Source: Eutreptiella sp. 'Long Island Sound 2002' (Eukaryota; Protista; Euglenida). From it: a stretch of DNA of 64,000 nucleotides. This document shows, one piece after another, positions 24,240-36,330 of this stretch. The first letter of the stretch is position 1. Every line of letters begins with the position of its first letter. The notes beneath the pieces were generated by a model. That model was not told where the DNA came from. It did not search any database and saw only the letters and a list, made by a program, of their open reading frames with translations. Position numbers and translations under genes: made by a program. The stretch is taken from contig OZ038378.1 of the NCBI GenBank assembly GCA_964036045.1, positions 165,478,001 through 165,542,000 of the forward strand, in the 5' to 3' direction.

Positions 24240-27200
24240 AGCATACTTGTGCCCTCTAGGACCTTGATGACTATTCTATATCATACTAGTGTCCTCAAGG
24301 TCCTTGGTGGCTATTCGATATTACAATTGTGCCAATAAGGCCCCTGTTGGCGTTTCTTCATACTCGTGACCTCTAGGCCCTAGATGGTTGTTCTATATCA
24401 TACCCAAATCCTCTAGGGCCCTTATGGCTATTCTATATCATACTCGTGTCCTGTAGGCCCTTGATGTCTATTCTATAGGATACTCGTGTCCTCTAGGCCA
24501 CTGATGGTTGTTCCATAGCATACTCCTATGCTATAGGCCCTTGATGGCTGTCTTACATCATACTAGTGTGCTCAAGGCCCTTGATGGTTGTCCTACATCA
24601 AACTTGTGTCCTCTAGACTCTTGATAGTTGTTCTATATCACACTCGTAAGCTCCAGGCCATTGATAGTTGTTCTCTATCACACTCGTGTCCTGTAGGCCC
24701 TTGGCGTTTCTGTATCATACTCGTGTTAGGTAGGCCGTTGATGGTTGTACTACATCATACTCGTGTCCTCGAGGCCCTTGATGGTTGTTCTATTTCATAC
24801 CCGTGTCCGTTAGGACCCATCTTTTTTTTTTAAATCCTGAAGCTGTAGCTTCAGAGGGGGGGGGGGGGGTCAGGGCCGGCTTCACAACTGCTGAATTTGT
24901 TGCAACCCCCAATTCTGTCTTAATTTGGGGCCTGTGCTGGGCTTCCGCCGGCTGGATTCTGGCGGCGCGCTCACAGTAGGCCAGCCCATCGACGGCCTTT
25001 ACATCAATGATAATAGTGTTACATCTATCCAGGTGCCAACTAGGACACGGAGGAATAGGCAAAGTTGGGAAGCAAAAAATTGGAGATTTGGTTGGGCGGC
25101 TTCACCCGGGAGGGGGGGCGGGGGCGAGCATGATATAGAACAGCCATCAAGGTCCTAGAGGACACGAGTACTACATACGACAGCCATCAAGGTCCAAGAG
25201 TACACCAGTATGATAAAGAACAGCCATCACGGGCCACGAGGACATGAGTATGATATAGAACAGCCATCACGGTCCAAGAGGACACGAGTATGATATAGAA
25301 CAGCCATCAAGGGCCAAGAGGACACAAGTATGATATAGAATAGCCATCAAGGTCCAAGAGGACACAGGTATGATATAGAACGGCCATCAAGGTGCAAGAG
25401 GACATGAGCATGACATAGAACAGCCATCAAGGTCCAAGGTGACACTAGTATGATATAGAACAGCCATGAAGGTCCAAGAGGACACGAGTATGATATAGAA
25501 CCGCCATCAAGGTCCAAGGTGGCACGAGTATAATATAGAACAACCATCCTCGTCCTCTTGGACCTTGATGGCTGTTCTGTATCATATTCCCCTCCTCTTG
25601 GCCCTTGATGGCTGTTCTATATCATACTCGTGTCCTCTTGGACGTTGCTGGCTGTTTCTATATCAAACTTGTGTCCTCTTCGACCTTGATGGTTGTTCTA
25701 TATCATACTCGTGTCCTCTAGGCCCTTGATGGCTGTTTGCACAAGCAGAGCACAAGAAAACTGCACAGGACTTGGGAGACAGGAAAACTGCCTAAACATT
25801 GGAGACGCAAACAAAAGTTGAGACGAGGCACAACTAGTGTTCTACGTCATCCTCGTGTCCTCTTGGCCCTTGATGGCTATTCTATATCATACTCGTGTCC
25901 TCTTGGACGTTGCTGGCTGTTTCTATATATCAAACTCGTGTCCTCTTCGACCTTGATGGTTGTTCTATATCATACTCGTGTCCTCTAGGCCCTTGATGGC
26001 TGTTCTACGTCATCCTCGTGTCCTCTTGGACCTTGATGGCGGTTCGATATCATACTTGTGTCCTCTTGGACCTTGATGGCTGTTCTATATCATATGCGTG
26101 TCCTCTAGGCCCTTGATGGCTGTTCTATATGATGCTCGACTGCTTCATCAAACCCTGCCCCCCCCCCCCCATGTGCCACTGGTGCCGTCTTCCGGTTGAA
26201 GATCTCGCGTACGCTGGCGGAAATGTGTTGACCCGCAACGGGGAAGTACGAGTATGTGGACAAACAAAGCACATCTTTTTACTGACTCCAAAAAAATTGG
26301 TAGTTCTATATCATACTCGTGTCCTCTAGCGCCGTGATCTCTACTCTATATCATACATACTAGTGTCACCTTGGACCTTGATGATTGTTCTATATCATAC
26401 TCGTGTCCTCTTGCACCTTGATGGCTGTTCTATATCATACTCGTGTCCTTTTGGCCCTTGATGGTTGTTCCATATCATACTCGTGTCCTCTTGGACCTTG
26501 ATGGCCGTTCTACATCATACTCGTGTCCTCTTGCACCTTGATGGTTGTTCGATATCACTTGTGTCCTCTCGTCCCTTGATGGCTGTTATATATCCTACTT
26601 GTGTCCTCTAGGCCCGTGATGGCTATTCTATATCATACTCGTGTCCTCTAGGCCCTTCCCACATATTCTTTATCATACTCGTGTCCTCTACGGCCTTGAT
26701 GGCCATTCCATATCATACCGGTGTCCTCTAGGGCCTTGATGGCTATAATATATCATTTCACATCATACTTTGTGTCCTGTAGGTCCCTGATGGCTATTCG
26801 ATATACCGGTGTCCTCTGGCCCTTGATGGGTATTATATATCATACTTGTGTCCTCTAGGCCCTTGCTGGCTATTCTATATCATACTTGTGTCCTCTAGGC
26901 CCTTCCCACATATTCTTTATCATACTCGTGTCCTCTAGGCCCTTGTGGGGTATTCTTTATCATACTCGTGTCCTTTAGGGCCTTGATGGCTATTCTATAT
27001 CATACTCGTTTGATCTAGTCCCCTGATGGCTATTCTATAGCATACCTGTGTCCTCTAGGCCCTTGATGGCTATTGTATAGCATACTCGTGTCCTCTAGGC
27101 CCTTGATGGCGATTCTACATCATACTCGTGTCCTCTATGCCTTTGTTGGCCATTCTATATGATACTCGTGTTCTCTGGGCCCATGATCTCTATTCTATGG

Positions 27201-27600
27201 GGAAGTTCTTGCACTGTGTGCGCACTGCGTGCATACTGCGCACGCAGAGGCTGGGATACTCACCCAAGTAATACGGTTGTTGGTGACCGTATTATTTCCT
27301 CGGAATCCATTTCAGAAACATGAACAACCCAAAAATATTTGACTATTTATGGAAGCACTTTTCCTTTATAGGAAACCAAGGGTACAGGATCAATGTTTTA
27401 CCACCAAAAGGTAGCTAGGGTGCGAGTATTTGCCGGCATCCAAAACTTCGCACTGCGTGCACGGCATTCCCTGTATCATACTCGTGTCCTCTACGGCCTT
27501 GATGGCGTTTCTATATCATACTCGTGTCCTCTATGCCCTTGATGGGTATTCTGTATCATACTCCTGTCCTCTAGGCCCCTGATCTCTATTCTATATGATA
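24240..27600. repeat. 40-bp satellite (consensus ccttgatggctgttctatatcatactcgtgtcctctwggm) with an inverted block and four insertions
   Basis: Dozens of contiguous 40-bp units. Inverted block at about 25128-25547. Inserts at about 24800-25127, 25739-25843, 26130-26300 and 27199-27471. Confidence 0.95.
27199..27471. mobile_element. Short MITE related to the 8249-9009 element, inserted in the 40-bp satellite
   Basis: GGGGAAG...ATTCCC ends with the same gcactg(c) subterminal repeats; interrupts a satellite unit; TSD ambiguous. Confidence 0.55.
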
Positions 27601-30600
27601 CCACGGCCTGTGGTCCAAACATCATCTGGAGCTTCGGACTGCAATGCACCTATCCTTTGAACCCTTCTGCAGCTGGATCATCGTGTTACAGCATTGTCTC
27701 AGCTGCATCTCCCCATGCTGGGATGTAAAGTCTTCAGTGCTGCAAGCAGCAGCAACCCCGCCTCCTTGAGGGCCCAGGCACCAGCTGCTGCTATCACACC
27801 AAGTAACGACTCCCAGTGCCATTCCACAAGAAGCCGATGCTTGCTTTGGTGCAAGAGCAGAGCTTCGACAGGCAGAACCAAACCAATCTTGTTTGGAGCG
27901 CATTTGCATGTCGTGCATTGTTGGCACTGTCATGAAAACCAGCAGTTTTGTGTCCTTTTGGCGATCTGTGGCACATGCTGCGGGGGAATGTCTGCCCGGC
28001 TCGCGCTCGGCGCATGCCCGGCGCGCTACGTTTGTATTAAGTCTCCTATCTCTAGTCCCAAGTTTATCCCCACCTACGGAAGTATCCCAAGTAGACCAGT
28101 CGCTCAGTTGCTCGGTTCAGGCAACCACCACCACCACCACCAGACCCGGGCCCCATGCAGCGCAGTCCATGTGGGATCCACTCCGTGTCTTGCTCAGAGC
28201 AGACGATGCTGATGGCTGCAAAAGACGTGCAGTGGCACTTTCTCGAATAGCAAACTTTTTGTGTCACTGTCACACGCTTAGCGACACTTCTGATAACGCA
28301 AAGAAGCGTGACTGGATGCACAGACACAAAATCACTACGTAACTGTGTGCAGCTGTGCTTTGAGGACCGCGAGATGACCTGACCCTCCAAGACCATTGAC
28401 GACACGCGGAATTTGGGTGGCCACGGGGGAAAAAGGTGCAGCCACTCTCGGCTCGATTGGGGCCCCAAATGGCGAAGCCTGAGGCAACCTCCAGGCGCCT
28501 ACAGCGCACACCAGCCATTTTGTGGGGCCAGACTGGAACCACTTGGGGGCAGCCAAAGGGCAGGTGCTGGCGACAGCCCAGCCCATGGATGCAATGCTTG
28601 GTCTGCGCATGGATTTGTAGCGGCGGGGACTGCGGTGCAATGCTGTGCTCATTTGGGGCGCCCGACGCAAGACACGGGAGTCCCAGACAGACCACAGGCA
28701 CGCTGGTATCAAAATTGCAGGCATTTGGCTCTCCTGAACATTCGTTTTGACTGTCCAGTACAGTGGCACGCAGTGCAACCCTGCTGGAGGACGCTTTCGA
28801 TAGTTGATCTGAGACACACCAAATGGAAGAGACCACCCTTTATCTTCACAGAGAAATGGAGAAAGGCCAGGAATCCGAGCCTCTCTGTTGACAGCGCCTG
28901 CCCATGGACACACCCGTAGAGGGGGGTGGAAGGGCACACGGGTTCAACAAGACCGGCATGTCTGGCTGGTGGAAACATCATTGAAAGAAGAGTTGCGCAG
29001 AAGGCGTCTGCAGGCCTGCGTGGCTGAGGATTAGCTGTCTTCTGGACATCGTGCGCTGCTGGGCTTTCAGTGGTTGGGCGCGACTCATGGGCCGCAAGGT
29101 CCTGGTTCTGCGTTGTTGGTTGTACAGTGTTGGTCAGCCATTGGTGGTTGTAAGTTTGCTGGTCACAGGTTATCACTGCTTGCAGAATGCGACTTGCTGC
29201 TTGTTGGGTGAGGGGAGTACAATGCGGGTGGTGCTCAGCAGAGCTGACACTCCTCCTTAGCTCATGGGGGCCCCCCATGAGGACTGTATCACTTTGCACC
29301 CTCCTTCTGACCCAGAGTGGGCCGACTTTTAAATCTGCCGAAGCCACAGCAGGCTTCGCCATCAGTAATGGTAAGATGAAGGTTGAGGCTTCAAAAGGGA
29401 GCCTGCTTGGAGCCAAGCATCGGTGGGGGTTCAAGTATGTACCCCCCCACCTCCCATTGTCCAACGAACAATTAGGTCCTTCAAAAATACAGTCCAAACA
29501 GGAATGTTCGCTGGACACAACGTTCAGCGCGCACGACAATATTGTAAAACAGTGGTGACAAATCCCTCGGCACAAGATACCCAGCCCATTCAAAGCACAA
29601 TGCGGTGGAGGCCTCCAATCAGCACTTTTCAGAGTAGATGCCCTTGTTGCCGTCCCGCTTCATGCAGAAAACACGCTCGCTAGGCTTGGGGCCCTGCTTC
29701 TTCTTGGCACGGGCAGAAGTGGCATCCGACGCGGCTCAGGCGCCTTTGGGATGGACAGATTTGATGGCACACCACATCCTCCATCAAATCACGGGTTAGG
29801 CACAGGGTGTTCTGAAAATTATGGCACAGACCCCGCACCCCACGCCCTGCCTTCGCCCAAATCATGTCACAGTGCCCATCAGTGTCACTATCAGAGTCAT
29901 CGACGCTGCTACTATTATCAGAGTCACCACACAAAGCCCCGAGACGGGGGCTGCGGTGCCTCCTCTCATGACGTTGATGAAATGGGTCATGGTGAACGCA
30001 AAGGGAGCTGCACAGCACTGAGAGGGGCTGATGGGTTCTCATGAGCACGCCCATTTGTAGTATACTTCAGGTACAAAGTCATCTCCTTCAGTGGAGGGCC
30101 CAAGAATTGTGGCTTGTAAAAGCCCACCAGTGTGGCACCGCTTGTATAGTACCTCTCGGCCGGGTGCAAGCAGAGCATCAGTCATGGTGGGCAATAGAGG
30201 TCCTGTTGTTGAGGGACACCATTCCTCACAACCTGCTTTACAAATTTGGCCACCATTACTACAAGATACATCACACCAGCCCCTCATTTCCCCAAACGAT
30301 TCCCCTGAAACCGCGGTTCTGCAGCCCAGTACCTAATTAAGGACCTAAGTAATCGGGTCCCAAAAAAACACGGTCCAAACGGAAGTGTTCGTTGGGGTAG
30401 GCACCTGACCACTGCAATGCCGTAGCCATCAGCACTGGCATACCCAGTCCTGGGGCAAGACTTGCAGGACAACCTCACGCCGGTCATGGCTGGGACTGAA
30501 GGAACCGCACGTACTGCAGGACACGCGCGCCTGGCCCTGGCATCTGCCCAGGCACCTGCGACCCACTCCTGCGTTCGCATCCCAATGCCATTGCATGCCG

Positions 30601-31403
30601 TGCAGCGGCACTGACACAGACAACAAAAGGTTCAGTCCGACCCGTCAACCCCCCACCCTCCCCTCTTTCAAAGTTCTCAGCGGCTCAGTCCACGCTACAA
30701 TGCGGCCTTGTGGGTTGGACAGAATGCAGACGTCTGGACCAGGAAGCGTCTGCAGGAACGCTGTTCATGTGCCTTTTGGCAGCCTGTCTCGAATGAGAGC
30801 CCCAGCTGAACAGGCATCCGCAGAACGGGGATAATGAGGCCCTCCGCGCAACTGTAAGTTACGTGGGTTGTGCTGTTCAGGTGCGTGAGAAGACGTGCCA
30901 TGCCTCACGGGACTCAGGCAGCGTGTGCTCTAAATGTACACATTCGTTGGACGGCCACTGGACCTTTGAATGGTTTTGAGACTCCTGCAGTGCGGTGCAG
31001 TGCGTGTGCAGCTAATGACAGCGGCGGGGAGCGGGGGGTGTTCGGAAAAAAGCAAAAAAGGGAACCTGCGCAGAATGCCCCCCCTGGAGAGGTCATGAAA
31101 AACGAGGGAGGTGCAAGGAGAGGAAGGTCTTCGGGCCTTTTTGGGTACCATTGGTGCGTGACAGTCGCCAGTTGGTGGGCTATCGACACAGCTGTGCAGC
31201 GCATTGGCACCCTGAAGTTCTGTTGACATGTGTCCACCAAGGGCTAGGAGTTGGAAAGACAGGTTGGAAAGCTGCAATGTTGTTTCGTCACGGCGTGCAA
31301 TTCGGAAATAGCCCTCAGCCGCTCTTTCTAATGCTGAACCGTGTTGTGTTTTCTGTGCAGTGCACACACACTATGTGCGCAGTGCACACACACACACACA
31401 CAG

Positions 31404-31434
<31 letters not shown>

Positions 31435-31536
31435 TTGCGAATGCACAGCACAAAGCGTTGTTGGCTGAGTGAAAAATCCTCGTCAGTTGGTCATCAGACA
31501 AGACAAACAGAGCATGACCAACGCCAATAGGCGCCT

Positions 31537-31577
<41 letters not shown>

Positions 31578-32459
31578 CCACACAGCCATCTGGCCATCTA
31601 TGATACAAAGCGGGGGCGGCTGGCAGCAATGCTATGTTCAAACATTTTGCACGTTTTAAGGGTGTGACCTGACCTGATACATCATCCTGTAGACTGTTCC
31701 CAATGGCTGTTGCCACAGCAACACAGGCTCTCCTTTCGGGTCGGCCCTGGAAAACTCTGCCTGCGCACATGCAGATTGCCTCTTTGGCATCGATCTCACC
31801 GCCGTGGCGTTGCTCAAACAATTGTAAGAGCAGCATCAAGCAAGAGATTTGCACTCACCAGCCATCTGCTCGGGAAAATATTAATCCCACACTGCCCCAC
31901 GGTGCCTGTCAATCGGCTGATACGACTCAAGGAGTGGCACAAGCCGTTCCTCAGGCAACCGTAGGGGGCATTTATGCCCAGTGCGGGCACAGGTCCCTTC
32001 TGTTGGGGTGTTCGCCAGAAAATCTGCCCAGACTAGGTCGTTCTACATGGAAAGAGCTCCACAACAAGAAGCTTGGAGATTTGAATAAGGATACCACCAG
32101 CTAAAAAGCACGGCAACCCAACATGCACAGCTCATGCGCTTGCACATGACTCATGCACGAATAGTGCCAGAAATGTGAAATACATCCACACCTCCCACCA
32201 TTCCATCGACCTCGAGGAAACACACACTACATCTGGTAAATGGACGGCGTTTCCACAAAGGACTGCTCTACCGGCATCACGTGAATAAACGCTGTACTTG
32301 CACAAAGAAAGAAGAGAAGTGCGACAGCATGACAACAACACGTATGTATGTACCATGGGGACACCCACCCCACCCACCCCCTTGTCCTCACCTGCCAGCG
32401 ACAATGGCAGTGATAATGCCTTTACACCTCTAGGAAACAAGGCCAAAATAATGCCTTCC

Positions 32460-32800
32460 CTACCGCCTTGCAGAACGACATGCCATGTGCACAGCAATGT
32501 CAAAATCCTTTTCCAAAGTCAACAAGCCCTATGGTTCATCAAAAAACAAGGATAGACAAAACATTACATGGCACGAAGGACGGGCTGACACACAGTCTCC
32601 ACTTCGACACCCCTCGCACAGATGGGGAGCATCATCTTCCTCAGCTTCCTCATCAACCTTAACGCCTTGTTCCTCCATCCAAATGAAGGAAAGACTGTGC
32701 ACCCATGGGCCACAGTCGCCCCTAAACTGCACAGCATGCAACAAAAAATCGGTATTCACATGTAAAAGCACACAAAACACACCGAAATGTCACATACAAC
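32460..32800 (-). pseudogene. Degenerate double PHD-like finger related to the hAT N-terminus
   Basis: RCVLC..VAC (frameshift) GDCGPWVH..GVKVDEEAEEDDAPHLCEGC and IAVHMAC parallel [41 protein letters not shown] at 44.8-45.1 kb. Confidence 0.4.
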
Positions 32801-35333
32801 CTTCCACAACCAAAGCTGTGCAACCAAATGCGCTACTTGGGCTCTAGCACCCACAATTATGATTGAAGGTTTGATAAACTTTCTGTCTGGTGGCCACGAA
32901 ACATGGCATTCTACCCGTTGCCGAGGAAATTTTCGAAGGAGATGCCGTTGCAGATGGTGAGGGGGATGCCAATTCACCACCTTCACCCCATCTTGGGAAT
33001 ACTCCAACTCAAAGTAGCCATGCCCCTGTGTGGGCGTTACAACCAATGTGGCTGGACCTCGGAGCTTGTTGGAGCACGTGTGGAGGACCCACTCCCCGAT
33101 GAATCCATCGTGTGTGCGAGAAGGTTTGCAAATGCAGAGAAAGGGGACAAAATATGTGGCTGGCATTAGGCGTAGGCAGTAGGCTTGGCAGCAAGGCAAA
33201 GTGCCCCCCCCCCCCTCCAACCTGGGTGGGGGAGAGAACAAGGGCGGGGGAAGCAATATCTGCAGGTACAGCCCCACGGGGAATTGGCTGCTCCGCTGCA
33301 GACGATTTGGTACCCCAGGGCAGTAAGGTGGTGTATTAGCTTCCAGATGAATGAACGGATTCGCTGGAAGGGCTGAACACCCCAATGAGACACCAAATCA
33401 GTGCAGTGCAGTGCTGGTAGGTACTGCGGCCATGTGCGTTCAGGGCATTGAGGGCGCTCACACATCTACATGTTTGAATGCGAAACACACACACCCTTGT
33501 GCACACAGGGTGCACACACACCCGTGCAACACAGACGTACATGCACGGACGGGCGCACGCCACGTTACACATACAGGCCACCCCTCGAGCCAACATCCGC
33601 CACTGCCGAGTGTCGCCAAATGTCGCAGAGTCTTCTGTCAAGTGCCAGCTCACAGTATGACACAGGCGCGCGCACACAAGATGAGAGCTCTGGTCCCACA
33701 AATGAGCAGGCCGGCGGGATGCCATGGAAATCCACAGGGGTTGTCCATGCAGCTCGGCGCACTCCCTTTCGACTTGCGACGTCTGCGTTTAGCGAGTGCA
33801 GTGGGGGCATCGCGGTCCAGGGGAGCTGCAGCTCCGACCTGCAGTTGGGGCAGTGCACGGTGTGCGCCGTCCAGACAAGCTTCCTACGCCTGACCGTAAC
33901 CAACGCCTACCCGCCGCCGTCGCCCACCCCACACACGCACACGCTTGCTACTACTGCTGCAGTTCAATGCCATGTCATGTTGACATGTACAGTACTGCAG
34001 AGGTGGGTGGTGGTCGAGTTTGACGCAACCTCCAGCAACCATTCCCGAGATCGCTTGAGATAATCCGGACAAGAGCATTTTGCAGCAACACACGTTCAGG
34101 AGAAGACCATCACTGATTCCGTAAGCAGCCGAGGAAACCGCAACTGAAGAGCCATCTATCAAAGAGGCACGTTTGGGGGGTGATAACACCCGGCAACACT
34201 ATGTTGCCTGGGCCTGAGGATGACTCGATGTGAACGGAGAAAACCAGCGCTTTTGGGGACCTGAACACCACTCACAGGAAGTGAAAGCTGATGCAAAGTG
34301 TACGTGCTGATTTGGGCAGCCGTGGGTTTGCATTGCCAGTGCAGGGGCACAATACAACAAACCCCAAGGAGCCCGCCCCGATCAGAATAGGTCAATCAGT
34401 CATCTACGCGCTCTGCTCAAAACATCTTTCCACGCAGATCAGCCGATGTCCATACCCTTGACACGCACAGACATGCGGGTCGCAGGTGCAGCAGCAGCCT
34501 GCAGGTCCCGGGTGCAGCGAGGGCGGGCCTCAATGATGTGGCGGGGGGGGATGGGGGTTTGCATCGCTCTGGTGCGCCGCACGACCGCTGTCAATCAAAA
34601 GCCCAGCGCCTCGGGGACTCACGCAGCTCCCAAAACATCAACCCAACTCACAGGCGTGGGCAGCCTCTCGATCAAATCAAACTGACGCTGGGGAGTGCCC
34701 TTGACATGCACTGAAATTTCGGGGTGGTTGGCGCAGCAATATGAGATCTCCTTGGCCTGCCTTCGGCCGGCGCACTGGAAGAAAAATGCCATTCTGGAGA
34801 GCCAAAAACGACCTCAATCAGCAATGACCCCCCTAAATCCCCCCCCTCCCCCCGTTGAGTGGAACTCTGACCGCCCCAGTTTCAGCTGTGGTGGCGTGAA
34901 CATCGGGACCAAATGGTCCTTAAATTTTGGACGCAATTTTGTGGCCAGGGCTGAAATGCATTCACCCACGAACCAACAACCGCCATCATGTTGCACAATG
35001 GGGGGGATCCAAGCCTTTTTCGAAAATCTGTAAAGGCCAAAAGGTTTTAGTCGTGACATGCAATGCCATCTCCCCAAAGGGAGGTGAACACGCTGCATGA
35101 GCCGAGTATGCTGTCACAGCGAAGGGGTGGGGGAAAATTGGCTTGCGCGGGGGGGGGGGTCGTTGGAGCCCCTTTCCCGGACCCCCCCCCCCTCCTTGGC
35201 TCCTGTGACGGGGCCTTGAAAAAGGTCATAGATGGTGGCAAATAAAGTGGAACTTCCATTGAGGGGGGGGGGGGGGCAGTGGTGGTATTTATGTCCGGTT
35301 AGAGAGAAACACATAGAATGGGTTTTCGTCAGT

Positions 35334-35592
35334 AGCAGACTTGGATCCAAGCAGTGGGGAGACCACATGCACCATTACAGGCAGTGGTTGAGTGGTAGTG
35401 CAGCGGGTGGTGGATTTTTTGGTCGGCGGTTCGAACCCCGGTCCGGTCCACATGCTGGCGACGCCGCCGATGGCATTCGACTGACCAGGATTCGAACCGC
35501 CGACCGCAAAAACAGCAGCCGGCTGCGCTACCATTCTACCGTGGGCTGTTGCAGTTGATAGTGCATCCCCACTGCTTGGAGCCTTCTGCTTA
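35334..35592. repeat. Palindromic element with two convergent tRNA-like arms (A-box and B-box in each arm)
   Basis: Plus arm: TGGTTGAGTGG (35385) and GGTTCGAACCC (35428). Minus arm: CGGTAGAATGG (35541-35531) and GGTTCGAATCC (35498-35488). Outer arms share ccaagcagtgggg. Confidence 0.7.
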
Positions 35593-35857
35593 CAAATTAT
35601 TACACCATGCCTTGGGGTATGCTACGTGAATGACCCCACAAAAGGGGGGGTATACAACGCCCAGTCCCGCGCTTGTTCGAACAACCTCTCTTCGAGGTGA
35701 TTGGTACTTTACCAAGGGTTCTGTCACAGGAGCCCCATTGCCAGACCCCCCCCCCCTCCTTCGGGGGGCTCCCACGACCCCCCCCCCCCCCCGCGCAAGC
35801 CAATTTTCCCCCCGCCAAGACAAATGCTATTGCATTGTGCGTTGTGCACATCGCTAC

Positions 35858-36330
35858 GTTTGGAAAATTCCATTTCAGAGCTGTAGAGGGTGGAAGTTGC
35901 TTAACAAGGTGTTTACTATGGTGTTTACTAGTCCCTGGGGAGACCCCCCAAACCTGCACCCAACACCCAAATAGGGTGAAGAACACATAAACAGGGCCCA
36001 ACACATGCTTTACAAGGATGTTTGATTGTTGTGAGTGGTCACAACATCAATAATCGGTTTTGGAAATTCTATTGCCTTCGGCAAATTCACTTTGCAGAGA
36101 ATTTGCCCCGAACAATGAACCTGCAAGTGGCTGATTTTGCAATCATCCATCAGATCCATCAGCATCGTCGGTCCGTATGGGTTTATGCATTCTCCCATTG
36201 TCACCAAATGATCACCCAACAGCAGCCCAAGGGTTCCCAGGGGTTGGCAGAGGTCAACCAAGATCACCCTTGTTTAGCCAACGCGTGCTGGCCTGTGAAC
36301 GGCTAAGTCCTCACTGGTGGGGCCCCAGTG
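35858..36330 (+). repeat. Family A copy with 3' extension
   Basis: Homologous to 9073-9625; its extension is also present inverted at 36694-36754. Confidence 0.75.

Noticed and set aside
24120-24250. Acidic/Lys-rich plus-strand frame FFDELEVEDCWPIETEDEAAPLPAAKPKGK as the linker exon for the SAP exon
   Set aside because: Wrong strand and no donor site before the satellite begins.
24240-27600. CRISPR-like array
   Set aside because: The 40-bp units are contiguous with no unique spacers, there are no cas genes, and the context is eukaryotic. It is a satellite.
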